From NCBI GenBank assembly GCA_051004915.1, contig JBPCJW010000142.1:915-64914 (forward strand): 64,000 bases of DNA. Reading direction: 5' to 3'. Below are positions 26,020 through 35,263 of the stretch, one piece after another. A program made the translations under genes and the position numbers. The notes beneath the pieces are model-generated. The model was not told the DNA's origin. It saw only the letters and a program-made list of their open reading frames with translations, and made no database searches. This stretch comes from Ilumatobacteraceae bacterium (GTDB lineage: Bacteria; Actinomycetota; Acidimicrobiia; Acidimicrobiales; Ilumatobacteraceae). Position 1 is the first letter of the stretch. Each line of letters starts with the position of its first letter.

Positions 26020-26931
26020 TCAGTTGACGCCGAGCAGCCCGGCCAGGAGCTCACCGGCTTCGGTCGGGTTCTGACCGATCGCGACGCCGGCCGCCACGAG
26101 GGCGTCCATCTTGCCCTGGGCCGTGCCTTTGCCGCCCGACACGATAGCTCCGGCGTGGCCCATCTTGCGGCCGGCCGGCGCCGTGACACCGGCGATGTAG
26201 GCGGTCATCGGCTTCGTCACGTTGTCCCGGATGAACTCGGCCGCCTCCTCCTCCGCCGAACCGCCGATCTCGCCGAACATGATCATGGCGTGCGTCTCCG
26301 GGTCCGCCTGGAACTCGGCAAGGCAGTCGACGAAGCTCGTGCCGGGGACCGGATCGCCGCCGATGCCGACGCATGTGGACACGCCGATGCCGTTCTGCTG
26401 CAGCTCGTACAGGGCCTGGTAGGTCAATGTGCCAGAGCGGCTGACGATGCCGACGTTCGGGCCGTCGGGCGTCGGCAGCTCGGCGATGTGGCTCGGCGTG
26501 ATGCCGATGTTGCACTTGCCGGGGCTGATGATCCCGGGGCAGTTCGGCCCGAGCAGCCGCGTGGACGGGAACTGGCGGACCAGCGTGTTGTAGATCCGCG
26601 CCTCGTCCTGGGCGGGGATGCCCTCCGTGATGCACACGACGAAGCCGATGCCGGCAGCGGCGGCTTCGAGGATCGCCGCCGGCGCGGCTTTCGGTGGCAC
26701 GGCCACGAACGACGCCGTCGCCCCCGTCGCCCCCACCGCCTCGGCCACGGAGTCGAACACCGGCACACGTCCACCATCGTGCGCGACCACGTCCTGGCCG
26801 CCCTTGCCCGGCGTGACGCCGGCGACGACGTTGGTCCCGTACTCCCGGTTGCGCAGGCCGTGGAACCTGCCCTGCCCGCCGGTCAACCCCTGCACGACGA
26901 CCCGGGTGTTCTGATCGACGAAGATCGCCAC
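26020..26931 (-). CDS. sucD: succinyl-CoA synthetase subunit alpha
   Basis: AIFVDQNTRVVVQGLTGGQG, SRSGTLTYQ, and GHAGAIVSGGKGTA (phospho-His loop). GTG start. Confidence 0.96.
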   Translation of the reverse strand: MAIFVDQNTRVVVQGLTGGQGRFHGLRNREYGTNVVAGVTPGKGGQDVVAHDGGRVPVFDSVAEAVGATGATASFVAVPPKAAPAAILEAAAAGIGFVVCITEGIPAQDEARIYNTLVRQFPSTRLLGPNCPGIISPGKCNIGITPSHIAELPTPDGPNVGIVSRSGTLTYQALYELQQNGIGVSTCVGIGGDPVPGTSFVDCLAEFQADPETHAMIMFGEIGGSAEEEAAEFIRDNVTKPMTAYIAGVTAPAGRKMGHAGAIVSGGKGTAQGKMDALVAAGVAIGQNPTEAGELLAGLLGVN

Positions 26932-27041
26932 CTCAGCCCGCCCGCCGCGTCCCGAAGATTCGGCTTGGCCGGCCCATCAGCCGCCTCCGGTGTCGATTGG
27001 GTCGGCGGCTTCGCACCACCGTTGGCGTCGGGTCTGGTCCA

Positions 27042-28205
27042 TCAGCCGCCTCCCTCTGCACCGTTGGCGATCCGGACGGCTTCTCGCGCCGCCTCGAGCA
27101 TCGTCGGCTTGCTCGTCAGCTTCGAGGGCGGGATGCCGGCGTCGAGGATGATCTGGCGGCCCTCCTCGGCGTTCGTGCCGTCGAGGCGGATCACGATCGG
27201 TGCCCTCAGCTCGACCCGCCCGAGGCCCTCCACGATCCCCTTCGCCACCTCCTCGCCGCGCGTGATGCCACCGAAGATGTTGATGAAGATCGAGCGCACC
27301 TTCTCGTCGTGGTTGATGACGTCCAGGGCGGACGCCATCACGTCGGCGTTGGCACCGCCGCCGATGTCGAGGAAGTTGGCCGCCCGACCGCCGACCTGGT
27401 TGACGACGTCGAGCGTGCTCATGGCCAGCCCGGCGCCGTTGGCGATGATGCCGACCGACCCGTCGAGACCGATGTACTGCAGGCCGCGCTCCTTGGCCAG
27501 CTGCTCTCGCTCGTCGAGCACCTCGGTCTTGGCGAACTCCTCCCACTCCGGGTGGCGGAACGCAGCGTTGCCGTCGAGGCTGACCTTGGCGTCGAGGGCG
27601 TGCACCTCACCATCCGGCTTGAGGATCAGCGGGTTGATCTCGGCGAGGTCGCAATCACCCTCCGTGAAGCACCGATACAGCGCCACGAGCATGTCGGCCA
27701 CACCGTCCACCGCCCGCTCCGGGATGCGTGCCTCGACGGCGGCCTGGCGGGCGATGTCCCGGGACAACCCGTCAACGGGGTCGATGTGCAGCTTGACGAT
27801 CGCTTCTGGGTCGTTCGCAGCCACGTCCTCGATGTCCACGCCGCCCTGGGCGGACAGCATCAGCAGGTGTTGCTTGGCCGCCCGGTCGAGCGTGAAGCTG
27901 GCGTAGTACTCCTCGTCGATGTCGGACGCGTGCTCGACCCACACCCGCTCGACGCGATGACCCTTGATGTCCATGCCGAGGATGTTCCCGGCGTGCTGGC
28001 GCACCTCTTCGGCGTCGTTGGCCAGCTTGATGCCGCCGGCCTTACCCCGCCCGCCGACCTGCACCTGGGCCTTGACCACGACCGGATAGCCGGCCGCCTC
28101 GGCCTGCTCGACGGCCTCCACCACGGTCTGGGCGACGCCCCCTGCGCTGACCGGGATGCCGTAGCGGGCGAAGTACTGCTTGCCCTGGTACTCAAACAGG
28201 TCCAC
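27042..28205 (-). CDS. sucC: succinyl-CoA synthetase subunit beta
   Basis: MDLFEYQGKQYFARYGIPV, VVKAQVQVGGRGKAGGIKLA, NIFGGITRGEEVA. Confidence 0.96.
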   Translation of the reverse strand: MDLFEYQGKQYFARYGIPVSAGGVAQTVVEAVEQAEAAGYPVVVKAQVQVGGRGKAGGIKLANDAEEVRQHAGNILGMDIKGHRVERVWVEHASDIDEEYYASFTLDRAAKQHLLMLSAQGGVDIEDVAANDPEAIVKLHIDPVDGLSRDIARQAAVEARIPERAVDGVADMLVALYRCFTEGDCDLAEINPLILKPDGEVHALDAKVSLDGNAAFRHPEWEEFAKTEVLDEREQLAKERGLQYIGLDGSVGIIANGAGLAMSTLDVVNQVGGRAANFLDIGGGANADVMASALDVINHDEKVRSIFINIFGGITRGEEVAKGIVEGLGRVELRAPIVIRLDGTNAEEGRQIILDAGIPPSKLTSKPTMLEAAREAVRIANGAEGGG

Positions 28206-28286
28206 GCGCGTGGTCTCCTTCAGGTTCGGCGCAGGACCCTAGGCCGTCGCCGAGGGACCGGCCCAACCCGCGGCCAGACTGCGAGG

Positions 28287-28838
28287 ATGGACGTCCCGCT
28301 GGCCGCCCGAGACCAGGTGCCAGGTTCCCCGCTGCGCCCGACGCGACTGCGCTCACCCCTGGCCAGGGCCGTCGTCCCGGTGTTCGGCGGCATCGCCGTG
28401 CTGGCGCTGATCTTCCTCGCCACGTGGGGCATGGCCGTGCTGATCGCGGGGGGCGACGCCGACTCCAGCGAGCGCCTGGCCCCGACCGAGTTCCAGCTCG
28501 GCTCCGTCGAACGGTTCGCCGAGGAGATCGCCGAGGCGGGACCCATCGTCCTGCCCGATCTCGACACCGACAGCGGTGAGCGTACGCTCGTCGTCGACCA
28601 CCGGGGGGACGACCCGACGCGCGGGTGGGTCGTGTACTGGGCCTACCCAGCCGCCGGGGACCCGTCGTGCGTGGTCACCCAGATCGAGGGCACGAGCACG
28701 TTCGAGGACTGCGACGGCGTCCAGCTCGACGTCGACGAACTGCAGCGACCGGACGGCGTGCGGCCCCGAGTCGTCGATCGGCGGACCCTGTGGATCGACC
28801 TGCGCGCCGGCGACACGACATCGACAACGACCGGGTGA
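28287..28838 (+). CDS. membrane-anchored hypothetical protein
   Basis: ATG 28287 within track ORF 26997..28838 (the rest is antisense to sucC). It has a single N-terminal TM helix (VVPVFGGIAVLALIFLATWGMAVLIAG), then a soluble domain. Confidence 0.55.
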   Translation: MDVPLAARDQVPGSPLRPTRLRSPLARAVVPVFGGIAVLALIFLATWGMAVLIAGGDADSSERLAPTEFQLGSVERFAEEIAEAGPIVLPDLDTDSGERTLVVDHRGDDPTRGWVVYWAYPAAGDPSCVVTQIEGTSTFEDCDGVQLDVDELQRPDGVRPRVVDRRTLWIDLRAGDTTSTTTG

Positions 28839-28842
28839 AGCC

Positions 28843-28912
28843 GGCGTCAGGTTCTGACGAAGATCTGTACTGGATTACCAGCACGATCGCGCCACGGAAT
28901 CGACGAACCGTC
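28843..28912. repeat. family 2 MITE/REP-like element, half/degenerate copy
   Basis: gttctgacgaagatctgtactggattaccagcacgatcgcgccacggaatcg aligns with the left arms of the 9303 and 61296 copies. It is preceded by cgtcag, forming the palindrome cgtcag-gtt-ctgacg. It lies between convergent stops 28838 and 28911. Boundaries are approximate. Confidence 0.7.
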
Positions 28913-29339
28913 AGGCTCGGGTGGTGGCGGCGACGAGGCGAGTGGCGAACTCCTCGCTGTGGGCCTCCAGCTGCGACCGGTGCAGGGCGAGGCCGCCGAC
29001 GACCGACGCGCCGGTGGCCTCGACGGAACCGGTCAGCTTGTCCAGGCTGCGGCCGGGGTTGAGGGCGAACGTGCAGAACACCGCCGCCTGCTTGCCGCGC
29101 ATCGCCGGGAGGTTGGAGATCGCGGCGGCCGCCCACGGCGTCTGGCCGACCACGAACAACCCGTGCACCCACGTGCCGACGAGCACGATGTCGGCGTCCT
29201 GGATCGCGGCGTAGTCCGGCTGGCGCAGGCGGGTGATCCCGGTGATCGACCAGCCCTCGGCCTCCAGGTCGGTGGCGATCAGCTCGCCGGCGCGCCACGT
29301 GTTGCCGGTCAGACTCTCGATCAGCATCGCTGCCCTCAC
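28911..29339 (-). CDS. flavodoxin-like domain protein
   Basis: MLIESLTGNTWRAGELIA (flavodoxin 'S..GNT' FMN-phosphate loop), DIVLVGTWVHG. 142 aa. ATG 29339 or the internal ATG four codons downstream. Confidence 0.65.
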   Translation of the reverse strand: MRAAMLIESLTGNTWRAGELIATDLEAEGWSITGITRLRQPDYAAIQDADIVLVGTWVHGLFVVGQTPWAAAAISNLPAMRGKQAAVFCTFALNPGRSLDKLTGSVEATGASVVGGLALHRSQLEAHSEEFATRLVAATTRA

Positions 29340-29360
29340 GGTCGAGATTGAACCACGCGC

Positions 29361-31709
29361 TCAGCGTCGCATGCGGCGCAGCGGAGCCCAGGCGAGGTCA
29401 AGGTGCTTCGTGCCGACGCCGGGGAAGTTGACCGTCGCCTCGGCCGAGTCGCCGTGACGCTGGAGATCGATGACCACGCCCTCGCCAAACGCGGGGTGCT
29501 CGACGTCGTCGCCGATGGCCAGACCGAGCTGACCGGCGTCGGAGGGCTGTGGCGCGCTGCGCCGGCCGGCGGCGAGCGCGGCATCGACGACGCGCTCGCG
29601 GTGGGCTTCGGTGCGCTCGTCGTCACGGTCGTCACGATCGTCCCGGCGGGGCGCACCTCGCCCGCGCCGGTAGGGCGGCGGCGAGTCCCACCCGGAGCGC
29701 GGACGCAGGCTCTGGCGCCCGTAGGTCGTGCGACCGGTCACGTTGCCGCGTGATTCGATCAGCTCCTCCGGGATCTCCTCGATGAACCGCGACGGCGGGT
29801 TGTACTGCGTCGAGCCGTACAGGCTCCGGCTCCAGGCGTGCGTGATGAACAACCGATCGCGGGCGCGGGTGATCCCGACGTAGGCCAGCCGCCGCTCCTC
29901 CTCCAGCTCCTCCGGCTCGGTCAGTGCCCGGGTGTGCGGGAAGATCCCCTCCTCCACGCCGATCAGGAAGACGACCGGGAACTCCAGGCCCTTCGCCGAG
30001 TGCAGGGTCATCAGCACGACCTGGTCGTCGTCGCTGATGTCGTCGGTGTCGGCGACGAGCGAAACCTGTTCGAGAAACTCGTCGATGCGGGTGAACTCGC
30101 GCGCCGAGCCGACGAGCTCCATGAGGTTCTCGAGACGGCCGGCCGATTCCACGGTGTCCTCGATCTCCAGCTCGGCGAGGTAGCCGGAACGGTCAAGCGC
30201 GGCGTGCAGGACGTCGCCGGGACCGACGGCGTCGTCGGTCGGCGCCCCGGCGTCGACGTCGGCGCCATCCGCCTCGTCAGCGTCGCCACCGACGTCACGC
30301 CCGATGAGGGCGTTGAGCTCACCGACCAGCCTGACGAACGACTCGATGCCGCGATTGGCAGGACCGGTGACCCCGGCCTCGTCGCTACGCCGCAGCGCCT
30401 CGAGGAAACCGACTCCCTCAACGGCGGCGAACGCGTCGAGCTTGGCGATGCTCGCCTCGCCGACACCGCGCTTGGGCACGTTGAGGACCCGCTTGACGCT
30501 GACCTCGTCGGCCGGGTTGACGACGGCGCGCAGGTACGCCATCGCGTCCTTGACCTCGCGCCGGTCGTAGAAGCGGGTGCCGCCGACGACCTTGTACGGC
30601 ACGCCGAGGCGCATCATCGCTTCCTCGACCACACGGCTCTGGGCGTTGGTGCGGTAGAGCACGGCCAGCTCCCGCCAGTTCATCGTGCCGTCGTCGTGCA
30701 GGTGACGAGCGGTCGAGGCGACGTAGGTGGCCTCGTCACCCTCATCCTCGGCGTGGTACCGGACGACGCGGTCGCCGCGCCCGGCGTCGGTCCACAGGTT
30801 CTTCGGCTTGCGCGCCGCGTTGTTGGCGATCACCGCGTTGGCCGCGTCGAGGATCGTCTGGGTGCTGCGGTAGTTCTGGTCGAGGACGACGGTGGTGACC
30901 TCGGGAAACGCTTCCTCGAACTGCAAGATGTTGCGAAAGTCGGCGCCGCGAAACCGGTACACCGACTGGTCCGTGTCACCGACGACGGTCACGTTGTGGT
31001 GCCCGCCAGCCAGGAGCAGGACGATCTCGTTCTGCGACTGGTTGGTGTCCTGGTACTCGTCGACCAGCAGGTGCTGGAACCGCTGGCGGTAGTGATCGAG
31101 CACGTCCGAGTTTGCGCGCAGCAACCGGACGGCGTTGACGAGCAGGTCGTCGAAGTCCATCGCCCCAGCCTTGAGCAGCCGGGCCTGGTACTCCCGGAAC
31201 ACCTCGGCGTGCTTGCGGTCGAAGATGTTGCTCGCCCTCGCTTCGGCGGCGGGAGGATCGATCAGCTCGTTCTTCCACAGGCTGATCAGCCCGTGCACGC
31301 CACGCGGCGTGAACCGCTTGGCGTCGAGGTGGAGGTCACGGATCACGTACCCCGTCAGCCGCACCGCATCGGCCTGGTCATAGATCGAGAACTGGCGCGG
31401 ATAGCCGAGCCGGTCGGCGTTGGCCCGCAGGATGCGCACGCACGCCGAGTGGAACGTGCTGACCCACATGGTGCGGGCCACCGGACCGACCAGCGCGGCG
31501 ACGCGCTGGCGCATCTCGTCGGCCGCCTTGTTGGTGAACGTGATGGCCAGGATCTGGCTGGGGTGCACGCCCTCGTGGATGAGGTGCGCGATGCGGTGGG
31601 TGAGCACCCTGGTCTTGCCGGACCCGGCGCCGGCGACGACGAGCAGCGGACCGTCACGGTGCACGACGGCGTCGAGCTGGTCCGGGTTCAGCCCGTCGGT
31701 CGGCGCCAT
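29361..31709 (-). CDS. pcrA: ATP-dependent DNA helicase PcrA/UvrD
   Basis: LNPDQLDAVVHRDGPLLVVAGAGSGKTRVLTHRIAHL (motif I), ITFTNKAADEM, LLVDEYQDTN, VGDTDQSVYRFRGA, TLHSAKGLEFPVVF, YVGITRA. The start is ATG 31709 or 31721. Confidence 0.95.
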   Translation of the reverse strand: MAPTDGLNPDQLDAVVHRDGPLLVVAGAGSGKTRVLTHRIAHLIHEGVHPSQILAITFTNKAADEMRQRVAALVGPVARTMWVSTFHSACVRILRANADRLGYPRQFSIYDQADAVRLTGYVIRDLHLDAKRFTPRGVHGLISLWKNELIDPPAAEARASNIFDRKHAEVFREYQARLLKAGAMDFDDLLVNAVRLLRANSDVLDHYRQRFQHLLVDEYQDTNQSQNEIVLLLAGGHHNVTVVGDTDQSVYRFRGADFRNILQFEEAFPEVTTVVLDQNYRSTQTILDAANAVIANNAARKPKNLWTDAGRGDRVVRYHAEDEGDEATYVASTARHLHDDGTMNWRELAVLYRTNAQSRVVEEAMMRLGVPYKVVGGTRFYDRREVKDAMAYLRAVVNPADEVSVKRVLNVPKRGVGEASIAKLDAFAAVEGVGFLEALRRSDEAGVTGPANRGIESFVRLVGELNALIGRDVGGDADEADGADVDAGAPTDDAVGPGDVLHAALDRSGYLAELEIEDTVESAGRLENLMELVGSAREFTRIDEFLEQVSLVADTDDISDDDQVVLMTLHSAKGLEFPVVFLIGVEEGIFPHTRALTEPEELEEERRLAYVGITRARDRLFITHAWSRSLYGSTQYNPPSRFIEEIPEELIESRGNVTGRTTYGRQSLRPRSGWDSPPPYRRGRGAPRRDDRDDRDDERTEAHRERVVDAALAAGRRSAPQPSDAGQLGLAIGDDVEHPAFGEGVVIDLQRHGDSAEATVNFPGVGTKHLDLAWAPLRRMRR

Positions 31710-31747
31710 GTCGCCGCCCATCCTACGAATCGGCTGCCACGTGAGAG

Positions 31748-31796
31748 GCGAGAGGTGAGAGGTGAGAGCGACAGGCGCGCTCACCGCTCACCTCGC
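31748..31796 (-). terminator. long imperfect hairpin between the USP stop and the pcrA start (terminator or leader structure)
   Basis: gcgagaggtgagaggtgagagcg (31748-31770), loop acaggcg, then cgctcaccgctcacctcgc (31778-31796). The purine-rich GGTGAG repeats pair with CTCACC repeats. Confidence 0.35.
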
Positions 31797-31830
31797 AGCA
31801 CTCACTCTTTCCTCGCAGCCCTGCCGGACG

Positions 31831-32697
31831 TCACCTCACGACGACGACGGGGCAGTGGGCGTGGGCGGTGACCTCGAGGCCCGTGGCACCGACGATCAGT
31901 TCGACGAGGCCGCTGCGCCCCCGAGTGCCGATGACCACGAGATCGGCCTCGCGGGATGCCTCGATGAGGGCGAACGCGCCCGTCCCGGCGGCGACCACCG
32001 GGACGATCGCCGCGCCGTTCGGGGCGACGCCGGTGCCGTCGGTGACCTCGGCGATCGCCGTTCGCAGCGCGTCGTCATCGTCCGAGACCTCGTCGTCGGA
32101 TTCGACACCCGGCTCGCGCACCGGGCCGGCCGCGACGCCCGGCACGAAGTCGGCGTGGGACACCTGCACCTCGCTGACGCCGGGCAGCCGCACTGCCCAG
32201 CGCAGCGCAGCGAGGGACGGCGCGTCGGGTGCGTGGTCGTGGCCCTCGTCGACACCCACGACGACCCGGCGCACCGGCAGCCGCAACTCGCCACGCACGA
32301 CGACGACCGGCACGTCTGTGTGGTGGATCACGTAGTGCGCCGTCGAACCAAGGAGCAGTGACGCCTTGGTCGACCCACCGTGCCCGACGACGACCGTCGA
32401 TTCCGTCCCCACCTCGTCGGCCAGATCCACCAGGCTGCGCCCGGCATGGCCCGTGACGAGGCGGGCCGTGACCCTCGGATCGGCGCACTCGCGCACGCTG
32501 TCGTCGAGGAACTCCCTGGCCATGCCCTCGACGTCGATGGCGTCGACCGGCGAGACCGCCTCGTAGGCGCTGGTGATCGGCACCTCCCAGCTGTGCGCCA
32601 CGATGATCTGCTCGTGCTCCGTGGCCACCGAACGGGCCCACGCGAGGGCGTCCCGGGCGTGGTCCGATCCGTCCAGTCCCACCAGGTAGGTCGTCAC
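31831..32697 (-). CDS. universal stress protein (tandem Usp domains)
   Basis: YLVGLDGSDHARDALAWA ... VVGHGGSTKASLLLGSTAHYVIHHTDVPVVVV, then a second domain ending VIGTRGRSGLVELIVGATGLEVTAHAHCPVVVV. Confidence 0.88.
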   Translation of the reverse strand: MTTYLVGLDGSDHARDALAWARSVATEHEQIIVAHSWEVPITSAYEAVSPVDAIDVEGMAREFLDDSVRECADPRVTARLVTGHAGRSLVDLADEVGTESTVVVGHGGSTKASLLLGSTAHYVIHHTDVPVVVVRGELRLPVRRVVVGVDEGHDHAPDAPSLAALRWAVRLPGVSEVQVSHADFVPGVAAGPVREPGVESDDEVSDDDDALRTAIAEVTDGTGVAPNGAAIVPVVAAGTGAFALIEASREADLVVIGTRGRSGLVELIVGATGLEVTAHAHCPVVVVR

Positions 32698-32746
32698 GGC
32701 GCAGACCCTGGCACACGTCGCGGCCGGGCGCTACCACCCGTCGAGG

Positions 32747-34048
32747 TCACGCGCCGTGGGTGCCGAGGTGGAAGCCGACCGACGCACCGCCGCCGGGTCG
32801 ATCGACGATCGAAACCGTCCCGCCGTGACGCTCAGCGAGGTCGCGCACGATCGACAGGCCGAGCCCGGACCCGGGAAACGAGCGGGCCGACTCGGATCGG
32901 TAGAAGCGGTCGAACACCCGGCGACGGTCGTCCGGTGAGATCCCCGGCCCACGGTCGTGGACGACCACCCCGCCGTCGGCGACGACGACGTCGATCGGAC
33001 CACCCGTGTGGTCGAACTTGGCGGCGTTGTCGACGAGGTTCGAGATCGCCCGCTCGACTGCCGGCGGCGGCGCCTCGACGACCGAGGAGTCGGCCGTGAC
33101 GACGATGGCGCGGCCGTGGCGCCGCTCGGCGCGCATCGCGATCTCGCGAGCCAGCTCGCCGAGCTCGATCCGTTCGGCGAACGCGTCGTCGATCGACCCG
33201 CGCGCGACCGCGACGATCTCCTCGACCAGCGAGACGAGCTGTTCGGTCTCCGCCTCCAGGTCGTCGAGCACGCGACGGCGGGTGTCGACGTCGAGATCGG
33301 GGTGCCGCCTGAGCACGGCGAGGTTCGTGCGCACGCTCGTCAACGGCGTGCGCAGCTCGTGCCCGGCGTCCTCGACGAGGCGCTGCTGGTCGACGCGCGA
33401 CGTGGCGAGCGCGCCGAGCATCCCGTTGAACGCCGTACCGAGACGGCCGACCTCGTCGCGGCCAGCGACCGGCACATCGACGTCGAGCCGACCCGACTGT
33501 TGCACGTCGGTGGCAGCCCGGGTCAAGCGCTTCAGGGGGGCCGTCACGGTGAGTGCGATCAGCCACCCGACGACGGCGGCGGCGGCGGTCACCAGCGCGA
33601 CCACCCAGATCGTTCGCTGGCGCAGGTCGCCGAGCACGCGACCGTTCTCCTCCAGGGAACGACCCACCTGGATGGCGCCTCGGTTGCTGCCGTAGCTGAG
33701 CATCCGCACTTCGCCGTTGACCAGCTCGATTCGCTCGAAGGCGCGATCGGCCTCCCGCGCCAAGACTTTCTGCGCGCCCGGACCGGGGGCCACCGCGGGG
33801 TCGGCGTTGGTCTGCAGGATGGTCCCCGCGCTGTCGATGACCTGGATGACGAAGATCTCCAGCTCGTCGGGGATCCCCGACTCGATGCTGTCGGTGGCGG
33901 CGATGATCCCCAGCCGTTGGACCAGAGAGCGGTCGATCTCCTCCAGCAGGCGGGCATCGGTGGCCCGGTAGGAGATCATCCCGACGGAGATCGTCGCCGC
34001 CGCGGCCACGACGGCGAGCGCCGTCGCCACCCGCCACTGCAGACTCAT
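32747..34048 (-). CDS. two-component sensor histidine kinase (HAMP-HisKA-HATPase)
   Basis: Two TM helices. H-box AGHELRTPLTSVRTNL, N-box NLVDNAAKF, G-boxes HDRGPGI and GSGLGLSIV. Confidence 0.9.
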   Translation of the reverse strand: MSLQWRVATALAVVAAAATISVGMISYRATDARLLEEIDRSLVQRLGIIAATDSIESGIPDELEIFVIQVIDSAGTILQTNADPAVAPGPGAQKVLAREADRAFERIELVNGEVRMLSYGSNRGAIQVGRSLEENGRVLGDLRQRTIWVVALVTAAAAVVGWLIALTVTAPLKRLTRAATDVQQSGRLDVDVPVAGRDEVGRLGTAFNGMLGALATSRVDQQRLVEDAGHELRTPLTSVRTNLAVLRRHPDLDVDTRRRVLDDLEAETEQLVSLVEEIVAVARGSIDDAFAERIELGELAREIAMRAERRHGRAIVVTADSSVVEAPPPAVERAISNLVDNAAKFDHTGGPIDVVVADGGVVVHDRGPGISPDDRRRVFDRFYRSESARSFPGSGLGLSIVRDLAERHGGTVSIVDRPGGGASVGFHLGTHGA

Positions 34049-34055
34049 GAACGGC

Positions 34056-34745
34056 TCACGGCGATTGGCGCGCCGCGTAGCCGACGCCGCGCACGGTCTG
34101 GATCAGCCGGGACTCACCTTCTGCTTCCGTCTTGCGCCGCAGGTACCCGATGTACACGGCGAGGTTCTTGGAGTCCGGCCCGAAGTCGTAGTGCCAGATC
34201 CGGTCGTAGATCGTCGAGTGGTCGAGCACGACGCTCTGGTTGCGCACCAGCAGCTCGAGGAGTTCGAACTCCGTCTTCGAGAGGTCGAGCTCGCGCTCGT
34301 CACGCCAAGCGCGGCGGGCCGCCGGGTCGATGCGCAGGTCGGCCAATCGCAACGTCTCCGCCTCCGCATCCTCCGGGCGGGCACGGCGCAGCAACGCCCG
34401 CAGACGAGCCAGCAGCTCGTCGAGCTCGAACGGCTTGGGCAGGTAGTCGTCGGCCCCGGCGTCGAGGCCGGCGACGCGGTCGCGTGTCTCCGTGCGGGCC
34501 GTGAGCATGAGGATCGGCACGCGGTTGCCCTCGGCGCGCAGCACCTTGCACACCGTCAGACCGTCGACGATCGGCATCGAGACGTCGAGCACGACGACGT
34601 CCGGCGTCGCCTTGCCGGCGGCATCGAGCGCCTCGGCGCCGTTGCCGACGGCGAGGACGTCGTAGCCCTCCAGGCCGAGCGCCCGCACCAGCGACTCCCG
34701 CACGGCCCGGTCATCCTCGGCGAGCAGCAGGGTGTTGGCAGCCAT
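34056..34745 (-). CDS. OmpR/PhoB-family response regulator
   Basis: LLAEDDRAVRESL..., DVVVLDVSMP (phospho-acceptor Asp), LMLTAR, and a winged-helix C-terminus LAVYIGYLRRKTE...IQTVRGVGY. Confidence 0.92.
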   Translation of the reverse strand: MAANTLLLAEDDRAVRESLVRALGLEGYDVLAVGNGAEALDAAGKATPDVVVLDVSMPIVDGLTVCKVLRAEGNRVPILMLTARTETRDRVAGLDAGADDYLPKPFELDELLARLRALLRRARPEDAEAETLRLADLRIDPAARRAWRDERELDLSKTEFELLELLVRNQSVVLDHSTIYDRIWHYDFGPDSKNLAVYIGYLRRKTEAEGESRLIQTVRGVGYAARQSP

Positions 34746-34890
34746 GAGCCTCCCAGTCTGGCAAGTCCTGGTGAGGGGAGGGTGTGAGGGCCACGTCGTC
34801 CGGCGAACTCACGACCTCTGCGTGTCGTCTTCACATCTCGTCCACATCGCCGCCGGATGCTGACGACCACCCCTGAGAAAGGAACATGAG

Positions 34891-35256
34891 ATGAACCGCA
34901 CCTGGATGGTCCGCATCGGTGTGTCATTGCTCGTCGCCGCGTCGCTGGTCGCCGTAGCCGGCGTGGCGTACCGCGTCGGCGACCGCGATGACGTCGGCCG
35001 CGTCGCACGCGAGGTCGTCGTCGGCGAGGACGGCGCACGCACTGTCATCGTGTCGGATGGCTGGAGGGACGGGTGGCACGGGCCCGGGTTCGGCTTCCTG
35101 TTCTTCCCACTCGTCGTGGTCGGCGTGATCCTCCTCGTGCGCTCCCGGCGCGACCGCTGGGGCAGCTGGCCGGGGCGGGACGAGGCGATGCGCGACTGGC
35201 ACCGCCGCCAGCACACGCCGGACGTGCCAGCGCCACCGAGCGCGCCCGGAGCATGA
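34891..35256 (+). CDS. small membrane protein (hypothetical), first gene of the second TCS operon
   Basis: ATG 34891 follows GAAAGGAAC. Two TM helices (VRIGVSLLVAASLVAVAGVAY; GFGFLFFPLVVVGVILLV). The stop is 7 nt before the RR start. Confidence 0.6.
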   Translation: MNRTWMVRIGVSLLVAASLVAVAGVAYRVGDRDDVGRVAREVVVGEDGARTVIVSDGWRDGWHGPGFGFLFFPLVVVGVILLVRSRRDRWGSWPGRDEAMRDWHRRQHTPDVPAPPSAPGA

Positions 35257-35263
35257 TCGGACC

